Positions 50,501 through 64,000 of a DNA stretch of 64,000 bases are shown one piece after another. Under the pieces are notes generated by a model that was not told the DNA's origin, did no database searches, and saw only the letters and a program-made list of their open reading frames with translations. The translations under genes were made by a program, and so were the position numbers. Every line of letters starts with the position of its first letter. The stretch's first letter is position 1. Source of the DNA: Paraspadella gotoi (Eukaryota > Animalia > Chaetognatha); assembly GCA_051294375.1 (NCBI GenBank), contig CM119267.1:12595081-12659080 (forward strand). Reading direction: 5' to 3'.

Positions 50501-53500
50501 GTCGTCGTCGTCGTCGTCGTCTCCCGTCGATGATAAATATAGTGCCTGATGCTAATAAATTCCACGGGGAAAAAAATCGTGCGGGTTCTCCTGTTATTGA
50601 AATTGCTCGGGCCGCGTCGCGATAAAGGAATTTACTTTATATTCACGGTTCAGCCGTTTATTTTTTTTTTCTGTACTTACCGTCATTCTCCTTTGTCTCA
50701 GGTAGACGAAAATAATGTTTTTAACAAATAAAATTTCTAAGCTTCTACTAATTTTTTTGTAACTGTAACGTGTAATGTTTCGTATTTTGGAATAACTATT
50801 TCACTGAAGCGCATTTTTTTCTGCCATTGTGGACATCGCCACGATAAGTGGGTGACGACCACAAAAGCGACGGCGCTGGCGAAAACGATTATGACCTCGA
50901 TGATCTTGAAATGATGATAAACGAAGACCACGACCGACGGCGACAGACGATACAACGACGATAACGACGACGAGCCGAAGACGAGGCGCCTAAAATTCGC
51001 GAAACTTGGACGAAAATGTTTTTTCAGCGCTGACCTAAACGTTACCAAATTTTTTTTAGTCGGCACTCTGCTTATCAGCTGATTTCCGACTCTATAATCC
51101 ACTTTGTCGGTTCGATTGGCCCCCCTTAAATCTTGTCGGGCACTCAGCTTAGATCATCGTCAGAACTAGGGTTCCGTAACGCGCTAATTTTTAAAGAACT
51201 TCGCTAACTTGCGGTTAACCGTTTTAAATCGGGTTAATTTTATAATTTAACTTTAAATTTAAAATATTAAAATATTTAAAACTAATTAAAGTATTTAATG
51301 GTATTTCTCCTTAACTCCGCTCCTGAATCGTCTTTATCTCTATTTCAGATAGATGAGGTACACATTATAGTTGATAAATGAGAAAATTAGGTTTTGAGAA
51401 AACTATCTTGAATCTACCCAATCAGCTAATCAATAAAGCATTATAATAAATCTTTCTTTTGAACTCGTAGCATAATAAAAATATGAAAAAAGACAATGAA
51501 ATTAAAATGCATAATGTAATTCTAATTATGAATATTTTGTTTTCTCTTTTCTCTTTCTTTTCTTATCGCTTTTCGCTTTTTTTTCCCTATTTCTGTTCCT
51601 CATTATTTTTATAGTTGTTAGTTTGCTTGAAAGCATGTTTTCCTGTTTTAGTCGTTTCATAACAATGACCATAATATAATATATAATTATGAATATTGTG
51701 TTAACTGTTAAGACTTTCTTTTCGTTGCCGTTTATAGATAAGTGAAAATGCAAAGTTATTTGTTAACAAACAACGGGTTTTTAATTTAAAAAAAACTGAC
51801 ATGTTTCGACTCTCACGCGCTGATGTGCTCGGAAAAACTAGAGTTGAAACATCTCCGTTTTTTTGTAAAGAAATAAAGCTTTGTTTTCTCCTTAAATTAT
51901 GAATATAAATTTATTAATTTAATGGTTGAAGATCGATTGATCAAAAGAGTTAATTAATTTAAATAAATATTTTTTTAATTTTTAATTAAAGTAAAGTATA
52001 TCATCATTGAAAGATAGTTTTTAGTTAGCCTTATGTCTTTTCAAATATTTATTCCATCTATTGTTCATTTTTTATAGTTTTCTAATAATTTTTTTTATTT
52101 TAAGTTTTTTTTTTAATAATTATTCGGTTTTATTTATTTACTTCCTTGTTCATTTTAAAAAGGGAAAAAAAAGTGAAAAAAAGCTAAAATTAGAAAGATT
52201 ATTTATTTTTTATTAGCTAAAATAGAATATTATTACATGTAAAAATTTATTTGCCAAGAAAATATATGCAGAATGCATATCATATTTCAAAATATTCTTT
52301 GATGTACATGTATAAAATAGGTGAAAGGAAAAGACGAAAAATGAGGCGGAGAAAGTAAAAAAAAAATACTGAAAGGGCAGAGAAAAAATGATAAGAGATT
52401 AGGATATAAAAAAGTTTAATAAAAGGGTTGAAAATAACAAATGGAAAAAAAGGGAAAAAATGTAGAAGAAACAGGGGGAAAAATATAGTGAGAGAGGGAG
52501 AGGAGGATAAGAGAAGACAGGAAAAAAAAACTTTTCCTAAAATCAAGAGTTTTCATAACAAAAATAACAAAAGATCATACTTGAAAATTAACCGAATTTA
52601 CCTGTTAAAATAAATTATATTAACGGTTAAGTTTAAATTAATTTTTAACCGTTAATAACCGTTTACTGTTAACGGTTATCGGAACTCTAGTCCAGAACAT
52701 CGAATTATGATAAGTTGTGCAAAAAAAATAGTCCGTCCGTCCGTCAGTCTGAAAGTCCCCTCCCACCTTTTCATTTAAACTCCAATTACCCGTGATTGGA
52801 TGATGGATTGAATATAAAATTTTGTGTGTGGGTGGGAAAGTGTGTGAATAAGCTGGATATAAAGTAGGACTGGAAAGAGTTTAAATTAGAAAAGCAAAAG
52901 ACACATTTAATTTGAATTTTTAAAAGTTTACTTTCTCTATCCCTTTTGATTTATCTATTGTTTGAATCAAATTAATGCAGTTGATAAAATTATGCCAGTT
53001 GACGTCTGTAATGTTAATGCAACTTGATTAAATTATGTAAGTTATTCAAATTATGCAAGTTAATCAAATTATACAAATTAACCAAAATTATGCAAAATTA
53101 CCTAAATTATGCAAAATTACCAAATTTATGCAAGTTAACTAAATTATGCAAGTTGGTATTGGCGCAGCTACTGTAATGATTGATACATCAATTGATTTAT
53201 AGATTTTTTCATATATTTTATATATATATATATTTTCATATATTTTTCATATATGTTAAGATCACAAATTGAAAGTCAAGAAAATATTACCGTGAATTTA
53301 TCATCGGATTAGCTTATTACCGCTTAATTATCATAGGCAGATCCGACGTCGTTTGCTCAAACTTTTTTTTAATCTTTGACTGGTTGTTCTGTTTTATTTG
53401 GTTTATTTTTTCATTTCACACACAATCTCTGATTTGAAATCCAATAAGTATAACACTAAGGCTCTAAGGCACTATAGCCTGCCTAATGGCCTATTGTCCA

Positions 53501-53852
53501 AAGTCAGGGGCACGATATTAGTAAGTTTTTTGAAAACAATAAATAATTTTCTAATGGTTTGTACTAATTTCATTTTTGTCATCTACTTGTATTTTGGATG
53601 CTAGTGCCGAGTATATTAAAGTATCCCCGATCTGCTACTTAAAGAGTGATCCTTTTATCCAACGGGAAACAGTTCAAAAAATATTATACGAATTAATTGA
53701 AAGGGTTTGGTTGTTAATGAACGAGACTAGACCTTAATGGTCTTAAAGCGAGACTGCGAGAAAGTCTTGTAAAAGGGATGGCGTCATTAACCAGCCAATA
53801 TTAATGGATAATTTTAATATAGGTTGTACCAATTTCATTTGATCTGAATCCT

Positions 53853-54074
53853 GATGTGATAACCCGCTTTCGTTTTTCGTTGTTATTTAGGATTTAGAGA
53901 AAAACAAAGTTTTTTAATTGTGGTAGCAACGAATTTAATTTGGAGATACGGACATGTTTCGGCTCACATTTCGAGCCTTCATCGCAGCGTTGAAGGCTCG
54001 AAATGTGAGGCCGAAACATGTCCGTATCTCAATTAAGATCGCTGTACCACAATTAAAGGCTTTGTTTTTCTCTA
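53853..54074. mobile_element. Penelope-type inverted pLTR insertion with hammerhead
   Basis: 222 bp absent from the paralogous site at ~45247; 12-bp TSD GATCTGAATCCT (53841-53852, 54075-54086); ~85-bp inverted arms, each with GAAACATGTC; extra ~40-bp tail on the left arm. Confidence 0.85.
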
Positions 54075-54408
54075 GATCTGAATCCTAAAAAGAATGCTTT
54101 GTTTAAAATTAATTCATTCCAGAAGCTCGCCGCCACCCGGCACCTCCCACTTTGCAGCAGGTTTAAGGAGAGAAGGAGAAAGAGAGAGAGAGAGAGAGAT
54201 AGGATGAGAATAGCATAAGAGAAATGGGTGATTTTTTTTTCTGAGGAAAGCTCGAGTCTCGCGCTTCGGAGCGACACGAAAATACTCGTCTTAATCGTTC
54301 TTCGATTTGAAACTTTTTTTATATGCTTCCTCTCTTCTTTAAAAAGTTTCAAAGAGAAAAAAGATGATGCACCTCAGTCTTTCTCCCATTCTTCATCCTG
54401 ACTGGATG

Positions 54409-54462
<54 letters not shown>

Positions 54463-55972
54463 GAGAGAAAATCTTGCCATTTCGTCACTTCTTCGGTCAT
54501 TGACCTATAACTCGAATGACAACGGCTGAAAAAGAAAAAGAGGAAGAGCTGTCTGATGTTAATTCTGCTTTTTTCCATTACTTCTTCACTTACTTCCATC
54601 ACGTTTTCGCATCATGACCCGGCGGAGACTTTTTGCCCGAACTGACTTTTTGACTTTTCGTCGTCCTAATCGTCTTAATCGTCGTCGCTTTGTCGCTTTC
54701 GTCCGTCGTAGTCATCGTCTTCGTCGTCTTGCATAGTCCGCCAGCGTCTTTGTCGTCTGTCATCTCCGTCACTTTCGTCTTCGTTGTCGTCGCTTTCGTC
54801 GACAATCGTTTTCGACTCGTTGTCATCGTCGGCCCTTGGCGTCGACTCCTAATTTCCGTTAAGTTAATGAGCGTGAGTCGTTAAGCGTGAGTCGCCGCTT
54901 ATGGTTGTTTTCCGTCGTTGTCGTCGTTGTCGTCTGTTTCTCTCTTTTTTATTTATCTCCTCCTTCCGTTCACGCTTTTTTTTTTGTGACGAGAACGTCT
55001 TTTTTTTGTCCAAATTCTTTAAGACCGAAGATCAATAAATTATTTTTTACGTTTCTGACTGTTGGATTTGTTTCGTCTTTCTGTTTCCGTCTTCCTTTTG
55101 TTAGAAATAGTGTAGTATGTAATATGTATTAAAATTCTATTTTGCTATTTTAACTCATTAATTCGCCTCTCTGATTTTTTTTGAATTGTTTCTGAATTAT
55201 TTTTACTCTCACCTCAAAACACGGACTCAGTAGCCCTGCATTGAATATTTTTACTGCGGCTGAATCAACTTTCGGTGAACTTTACTGTGCTCCCTATTTG
55301 ACAGGGATACGAAGAATCACGCCGGCAGCAGCAAAAATTACGGGGATCAAAAAACTATGTCTACTTAAAAAATAATACATAAACGAAATACTATACTAAT
55401 TCAAAAATACATTCGAAACTCATCCGCGAGAACTTTATATCAACAACGTGTGTTAAATTTTATTCTGCCGATGACATAAAAGTCAAAAGTTTTAGAAAAG
55501 TCGGCAAAACTCAGACCGCGTGCAATTAAATTATGTATCTCAGCAAAAGAAGAGTGCCTGTCTAGTTTCACGTAAACAAAATGGCGTGCCCTCATGATGG
55601 CAGAGGAAAACCTATCAATAAATTGTGTTCTTTCTGCACTAAAAAAAATGGAAAAAACTATTTCTTTCCTCACGTAATCCTTTTCCTCTGCTACAAAATA
55701 ATTTTTTTGGCAAAATCGTTGGTGTCCTTTAAGGTCAGGGATCAGTCAATTTAAACATTACGAGAACTTTATATACTATATAAATACCCCCTTCGCATCT
55801 CTCTCGTAAGTAATTCCAGAAAAAACTGGTTTTTCCCCAAATTTTTTTTCTCAGTAAACCGTGATTTTGCGAGTAAAGACTGATTCTATGGAGAAAATTC
55901 TGAGTTGCAATGACGTCATCGCACATCTCGACTATGATGTTTGTGCATCTCGCTAAAGTCAAAAGTACAGAG

Positions 55973-56427
55973 TGAAGAGAGCAGTTAATTATTGTTATGT
56001 GTTAGTGACCAGAACACAATTGAATATAAGCAGTCCCTGAGCTTCGGATCAGGCTGTAAGCACCGTGTTACATGCGGTTAAGCGCCCTGTCCCTCTAACT
56101 GCAAGGCGACCACTGGGCTAGAACCCCGACCTTTGGGTTTGGGAGGCGAATGACTTGCCTCCGGCACCAATGGCCACTGATGAACGCTTGGTCGATTTTT
56201 AGTCCACCAAATACACTCCCCCTCCCGTAGGGAGAAGTCTGTTGCGTCTCTTCAGTGAATTGTTGTTGTTGGTGAAAAGTTTGTCACCAAGTTGAGGCAT
56301 GTCGACCTGATGTGTTGTTGGCGGAAAGTGCATCGCCAGGTTGAGGCATGTCGCCTGAAAGTGTTGTTGTTGCTGTTGTGTTCGGAAGTCAGGCTCACCA
56401 ATGAAGAGACAGTAATTATTGTTATGT
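55973..56427 (-). mobile_element. TRIM, duplicate of 47124-47570
   Basis: Same element inside copy 2 of the 8.5-kb duplication. Confidence 0.85.
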
Positions 56428-59400
56428 ACATAAAATTAGTATACTCTTAAGATATATGATTTTTTAAAAAGGATATAGATAAACAAATATTATAATTATA
56501 ATAATGTGGTTAGTAATGAAAAGGATTTAAAGTATTTTCCTTCACGTAATTCAGGAAAAATTAAGTGTTTTTGTTCATAGCACTGCCTCTCCATAGTGAA
56601 ATTACAATTAATACTTTAAGTATTATTAAAATTTTAGCACAGGTCTGGGAAGATTCTATTTCTAAAACTAAGAAAATGATAAAAGAAAATAGTTATGGTT
56701 TTTACTAAAAAAAAGGGTATGTACTATAAGTTATTTTACATAAACAATTTCATGATTATTACCAGAAAACCTTTTATAACTATTGAGTCAACAATCAGAT
56801 AATTCTTTATCTTTGTAAAAATATATTGCCTTGTAACCCTCTAGTCAATTTTAAACCAGTATGTTATGGTCTTTATTTTAACTTATCATTTATAATATTT
56901 CAAAATTAGTCATGAACGATTCATGAAACGATTAACTTTTGACGAAAAAAAATCTTAAAAGACTAGGATCGAGCCTCCCTTCAATGATAACCAAATATTG
57001 ATGCGATGATAACCAAATGATTGATGCGATGATAACCTAGGAAGCCGCTATAGAAAAAGAAGCCAGTAACTTTTTTCTTATATTTTTGTATCGATAGATG
57101 TGGAATGACGGGAATATTGTAAATCTCAAGTTTCGCTTTAATCGGACCTCACATTGTGGAAAAATCTTAGGAAACCCAACAAAATTTCACCCCTTTTTTT
57201 CAACATTCTCGCCTTTTAAGATTTTCGCCGATTCTAACTTCCTCTTACAAACTTATAATTCCGCTAGTTAATTTTTTTTCTTAAACGAGCGAAGGGAATC
57301 CACAACTTTCTGTTATTTTATGATTTCTGGGTAAAAAATATAATAAATTACATTAACATTGGAATATTATGAAAGTATAATGTCTTGTGAAGCCTGTGAG
57401 AGTTAAATAATTAAAAAATTCGCCTATTTTATTATTGAAAAATGACAGTAAAGTGAAGAAGTTGAATGTCTTCCGGCTCATTTCAGTAAACATCCCTGTT
57501 CTCTAGCATAAAATAATGTTTACTTTTTGCTGGTGGAAAAGAAAGATAAATACTTAGGCTGTGATGGGGTGAATAATATTTTGTAGAATTTTGTAGCATG
57601 CTTGTAAAATCAGACAAGCAAATATTTAAGTGACAAAAAATTACATTTTCTTTATCCAAAAACTTTAAAGTTTTACTAGAGTACAATTTAGCCTTTTTTC
57701 TTTCAGAATCATTAATAAGAATTAAATTTTCATTTATTCTTATAGGGTGTCATTAGTTTTAAAATTCATTATAATTTTGACTTAGTTTGACACTTCACCC
57801 TGTAAGGAGGTTTCAGCATAAGTAATTCTAAAATTGTATCTTGTATGTGCCCTATGATTATGGCTTCATTTTGGTACTATTACCATCCCTTTATCTTTAT
57901 TTTTTCAAAAGATATTAGGAAAATCAGTTTTTTTCTCAACCTTCCTTTTAATTTCTTTTTAAAATAAAAAATTCGCGATTCAAAACCGGACTATTTCATT
58001 ATGTCAAAATCATTATAAAAGCTATCAGAATCGCGAAATTCGAAGTCGCTCATGTAACAGGAACATATAGCAATCCCGTTTGCAATTTAAGTTTGTAAAC
58101 TTTCCCTTTCATTTCTATAGTAAAATGAGGTTTGAATATTCTCCGGAGATGAGTAGTGCATTTCCCCTGGCTTGTTTGATATTAAATCCTTTATCAAATG
58201 CCATAAAACGAATAGGACAACTCTTCAGATGTAACACTCTCGGAATCGTGCGTTTTTACAGTGTTTTTTAACACGAATTTCTGGCAAACGCGTTTGCAAT
58301 TTGGGTAGTCAGATTTGAACGGAATTCTCTATTAGAAAAATGTTGAATTTTTTTTAAGGCGAGATTCTCGTCGAGATAACCAAATATTGATGCGATGATA
58401 ACCAATAATCGATGCGATGATAACCAAATGATTGATGTGATAATAACCAAATGATTGATGTGATAATAACCAAATGGTTGATGCGATGATAGTCCATTCA
58501 TTGATGTGATGATAATTGTAACGAATAGTCGTCTAAGCGCTACGGTCTCTGTTTAAAGCATAACGACGTTTGTTTACACGCGTTACCAGGGAGATAGAAA
58601 ACGCGTTTAGTCTGACTTGTTGATGAAGCGAGGAGACGGCATGGGAATAATTAAAATGCAGTTTCGTGTTTTCGATCAATGCTCACTTGCCTGACTAGTG
58701 AGTATTTAAATGAAATGATCATTAAAATGATAATTGATATATTTAACATGAATTGCATTGTTCAAGGTTTTGAACTTTCACAATNNNNNNNNNNNNNNNN
58801 NNNNNNNNNAAGTTTTGAACTTTCACAATACAATACTTGTACGTCTCTAACACTGGCATTGTGACTTGAACGACAGACATTTAAATTAAGTTCTCGAAAA
58901 ATAGCCTTTTTAACTTTATAATAATCATTCATTGATACGATGATAGTCATTCATTGATGCGATGATAGTCATTCATTGACGCAATAAATCATTCATCATA
59001 AATAAAACCAAACAAATGTGTGAATGAGTGAAAGAGAGAGAGAAAGAGAGAGAGAAAGAGAGAGAAAGAAAGAGAATAAATCCACGAAAATCTCGGATGT
59101 AAATTTGGGATTTTGCATTGAAAAAAAAAGCGCGGAATAAATGGCGATAATAAAAGTTTTTTAAAATGAAAAAAAAATCAAAATTTTTTCAAAAAACGAT
59201 CACGCAAAAAAGATTGTACAGAGAGAGAGAGAGAGAAAGCTGGAACAGCCGCTGGAAGGCAGCTGAACAGTCACTGCAGAGCATAAACTCGTTTTTAAAG
59301 GGTTCAGAAAAGGCAGCAACAGACAAAAATTTTAATTTAGACATTGCCCTAAGGAAGTAACATGCGACGCCTCCGGGCTGTTTTGCGCTGAGAAAGTAAC

Positions 59401-62400
59401 TCTGGCGAACGATCAGCTGGGGGTGCAAATCCTTCCGCTTGGCTCTCAGAGCTCTGCCTCGGCGCATTGGCTATCGTGTTTGCCAATGGTCGTGCTAAAG
59501 TCGCTGCTGCATGCATGGCGGCGGTCGACTCTGCCGTCGGCGCGGTCTCACGATTTGCTTCCTCTTGAGCTCTTAATTGTATATCCTCTGCAGTGGCTGT
59601 CCGCTGAGCAATATTGCGTCTTTCTGTCGCGCTCCCTATCCGAGCTGCGGCGGTTCCGCTGAATTCGTTCCAGTTCTTGGGAATATTCTCCTCTGCAGTG
59701 TCTACTCTCGTTGTATGTAGCTCAAGAGCTCGTTGCAGCACTTCATCCCTCCCTCTCCTGGGTCTGCTGTAGGGACTAACGAGGTGGAGTTGTGTCTATA
59801 AAGACTGACTGCGTCGGGCCATGGTTGATCCTAATAGCTATTGTGGTCGTCGATGTTGTTGCTGTTGGCGGTTTCTCCGCTCGTTGCCTGTGTTGAGGTC
59901 AGAGGGTTCTGGAATGCTGAAGTATGCTGCGGGGTGTGGGTGGCCGGGAAGTGGTCTCACGACATTGATTATCGTCCAGTTGTAGCTATCGTGGAAGGGT
60001 CAAGGAAAGCTGTAGTTGGATGCGGCAACTGTCGACGCGGAGGATCTGGTTCTAGGATGCAATTGGTTCATCATACAACCGCATTGCCCCCCCACCGTCG
60101 GTATTATCCCGTCCACCCATCCCTTCGTATCGCAGGTCTTCCAAAGCTGGGGCCGTATCAATACCTCCAAAGCGGATGTGGGCAAGGTCTCGGAGTCCGC
60201 CACAAGCGTGACGAAGAGGCGTGGCAACAATTGAGTTCACAGTCCCTAAGATCTTGACGCCAAAGATAATCATCTCTTGAACATATGGTATTGCAGGGAA
60301 AGTGTGGACGATGGAACGAATTGATTGGTGATTAAATTAATTGTCTCAATGAGTTTTTATCATACAAGGAGATAATGTATTAATTACACTTAGAATGATC
60401 GAGTAAAAACAAGTTGTTTTAATAGCATAATAAACATGTATTTTCCAACATGAGGTAAAAGCCCAGACTGAATTAAATCAGTAAACAATTCATTAAGTTA
60501 AACAATAGATTCAAATACCAATGAGACATCTTCCTGTTGAATGAGTTTGATTACTTAAAAACAAAGGTTCATTATCATATTATAGTTCTTTTATCTTGAT
60601 GTTTTGTAGAAGAGGATCTTGTGGTCGTCTGGTGGCCCAAGATTGGGAATCTTGGTGCTCCAAATGGCCGAGCTCGGGTTCAATCCCCGATGCCTTCTCT
60701 AGTGACGCATAGGAGAGGGGGTACCGACGTGGCTGATCTACAATAGTGGTTGGTATGTTTAAATCGTTTCCATCCGTCGACTGTGAATTGCATGAGGGTG
60801 GTTGCCGGGGTATCGAGGTTTCTCTGGAGACTCCCTCCTGGGTCCTTTCCATCGGCCGCAGTCAGATTTGGGTTGGCCCTGTGCCCACTGCTGGCGGTTT
60901 TTCGCCTTGCTTTTTGAAGCCTTTGGCTTCCAATGCTTCCCTCATGCTGTTGGCGGAGGTGCGGTTCTGGTGGCGATCCGGTCTCCCTCGTATTTGTCGT
61001 AAAAGACCGGCTGAAGGTCCGTAGGAACTCCAGTTGCTCCGCAAACTCCGTCGACAATACTTGTACGTTCTAACACTGGCATTGTGACTTGAACGACAGA
61101 CATTTAAATTAAGTTCTCGAAAAATAGCCTTTTTACTTTATAATAATCATTCATTGATACGATGATAGTCATTCATTGANNNNNNNNNNNNNNNNNNNNN
61201 NNNNCCTAATTAATTAAAAGCATATATATTTTGTACGATGGACTACACTTTTTCCGAGAAAAAAAAATTATTTCGATGATAGTGCTACTGAAAAGAAATT
61301 CAATATAGATTCAAAAACCGTTCTGATTTTTTAAAAAATTAAATAAGTTTACGAGTAGATATTTTTATTAAAAATGTCCTATACTTTTTTCGCTAGATAG
61401 TAATAGGAAGCGTTCCTCCAGCTTCATGCCTTGGGGGAAAAGGCTGCGGTGGCGCACGCAGCGGCGGGAGCAAGCAGCGGTGGGGAGCGGCTAGTGGCTG
61501 TGGCGGCAGCGAAGGCCGCGGAGACGGCGGGTCAGAGCACGATCGAGTTATGAGTGTCCAGGTGAACGAAGGTGTTTGTTTTAAATGGATACGGGCTCGT
61601 CGAAGTTGGATAGATTGAGACGAAAGTGTGAGGGGGAGGAGAGAGAGAAGAGAGAGAGAGGCAAGCTACAGACAAAGAGAAAGAGAGAGTGAGAGTGATT
61701 CGACCTCATAAGTTGAAAGTATGTTTGCGACGGGCGACAAAATGGCTGGTGGTCGTCGTCACCGTCGTCGTGTTTGTCCTTGTCGCGTCGTCGTCGTCGT
61801 CGTCGTCGTCTCCGTCGATGATAAATATAGTGCCTGATGCTAATAAAATTCCACGGGGAAAAAAATCGTGCGGGTTCTCCTTTATTGAAATTGCTCGGGC
61901 CGCGTCCGATAAAGAATTTTACTTTATATTCACGGTTCAGCCGTTTATTTTTTTTTTCTGTACTTACGCGTCATTCTCGCTTTGTCTCAGGTAGACGAAA
62001 ATAATGTTTTTAACAAATAAAATTTCTAGCTTCTACTAATTTTTTTGTAAACTGTAACGTGTAATGTTTTCGTATTTTGGAATAACTATTTCACTGAAGC
62101 CATTTTTTTCTGCCATTGTGGACATCGCCACGATAAGTGGGTGACGACCACAAAAGCGACGGCGCTGGCGAAAACGATTATGACCTCGATGATCTTGAAT
62201 GATGATAAACGAAGACCACGACGACGGCGGACGACGACTACAACGACGATAACGACGACGACCGAAGACGAGGCGCCTAAAAATTCGCGAAACTTGGACG
62301 AAAATGTTTTTTCACCTGACCTAAAACGTTACCAAATTTTTTTTAGTCGGATCTGCTTATCAGCTGATTTCCGACTCTATAATCCACTTTGTCGGTTCTT

Positions 62401-64000
62401 GGCCCCCCTTAAATCTTGTCGGGCACTCACTTAGATCATCGTCAGAACTAGGGTTCCGTTAACGCGCTAATTTTTAAAGAACTTCGCTTAAGCTTCGGTT
62501 AACCGTTAAATCGGGTTAATTTTATAATTTAACTTTAAATTTAAAATATTAAATATTTAAAACTAATTAAAGTATTTAATGGTATTTTCTCCTTAACTCC
62601 GGCTCCTGAATCGTCTTTATCTTCTATTTCAGATAGATGAGGTACACATTATAGTTGATAAATGAGAAAATTAGGTTTTGAAAAACTATCTTGAATCTAC
62701 CCAATCAGCTAATCAAATAAAGCATTATATATAAATCTTTCTTTTGACTCGTAGCATAATAAAAATATGAAAAAAGACAATGAAATAAAATGCATAATGT
62801 AATTCTAATTATGAATATTTTGTTTTCCTCTTTTTTCTCTTTCTTTCTTATCGCTTTTCGCTTTTTTTTCGCCTATTTCTGTTCCTCATTATTTTTATAA
62901 GTTGTTAGTTTCTTGAAAGCATGTTTTCCTGTTTTAGTCGTTTCATAACAATGACCATAATATATATTATAATTATGAATATTGTGTTAACTGTTAAGAC
63001 TTTCTTTTCGTTGCGTTTATAGATAAGTGAAATGCAAAGTTATTTGTTAACAAACAACGGGTTTTTAATTTAAAAAAAACTGACATGTTTCGAGCTCTCG
63101 ACGCGCTGATTGTGCCTCGGAAAAACTAGAGTTGAAACATCTCCGTTTTTTGTAAAGAAATAAACTTTGTTTTCTCCTTAAATTATGAATATCAAATTTA
63201 TTAATTTAATGGTTTGAAGATCGATTGATCAAAAGAGTTATTAATTTAATAAATATTTTTTTAATTTTAATTAAAGTAAAGTATATCATCATTGAAAGAT
63301 AGTTTTAGTTAGCCTTAATGTCTTTTCAAATATTTATTCCATCTATTGTTCATTTTTTATATGTTTTCTAATAATTTTTTTTATTTTAAGTTTTTTTTTA
63401 ATTTATTCGGTTTTATTTATTTACTTCCTTGTTCATTTTAAAAAGGGAAAAAAAAGTGAAAAAAAAGCTAAAATTAGAAAGATTATTTATTTTTATTAGC
63501 TAAAATAGAATATTATTACTATGTAAAAATTTATTTGCAAGAAAATATATGCAGAATGCATATCATATTTCAAAATATTCATTTGATGTAAATGTATAAA
63601 ATTAGCATGAGAAGGAAAACGAAAAGGAAGAGCGAGAAAGTAAAAAAAAAATACTGAAAGGGCAAAAAAAATGATAAGAGATTAGGATATAAAAAAGTTT
63701 ATAAAGGGTTGAAAATAACAAATGGAAAAAAAGGAAAAAATGTAGAAGAAACAGGGGGAAAAATATAGTGAGAGAGGGAGAGGAGGATAAGAGAAGACAG
63801 GAAAAAAAACTTTCTCTCTAAATCAAGAGTTTTCATAACACAAAATAACAAAAATCATACTATGAAAATTAAACCGAATTTACCTGTTAAAATAAATTAT
63901 ATTAACGGTTAAGTTAAAATTATTTTTAACCGTTAATAACCGTTTACTGTTAACGGTTATCGGAACTCTAGTCAGAACATCGAATATGATAAGTTGTGCA

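Larger units (their letters stand above)
41396..58762 (+). repeat. ~8.5-kb tandem duplication (41396-49907, 49908-58762); third partial copy 61205-64000
   Basis: Colinear near-identity; copies differ mostly by 1-bp indels. Confidence 0.95.

Overview
AT-rich, microsatellite-dense eukaryotic (probably invertebrate animal) genomic DNA from a draft assembly with several N-gaps. Almost all ORF-track entries are spurious readings of (CT)n/(GTC)n repeats. One convincing host gene is present: a two-exon, minus-strand secreted protein with two EGF domains (15056-14111). The rest is mostly nested mobile DNA. (1) A miniature non-autonomous LTR element (TRIM) in 6 copies whose ~230-bp LTR contains a 72-nt tRNA-like module with Pol III A/B boxes, plus a tRNA-Trp-like PBS, a PPT, 4-bp TSDs and unusual TA...CA ends; a Gypsy remnant with matching PBS/PPT is its likely partner. 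(2) Minimal hammerhead ribozymes in Penelope-type pseudo-LTR fragments, including a 222-bp foldback insertion with a 12-bp TSD that is present in only one copy of a duplicated segment. (3) About 10 Helentron-associated (DINE-1/HINE-like) elements. (4) Two hAT-type non-autonomous families, two Tc1 transposase remnants and a 1.55-kb solo LTR. The last third is an ~8.5-kb unit present 2.3 times, probably at least partly an assembly artefact.
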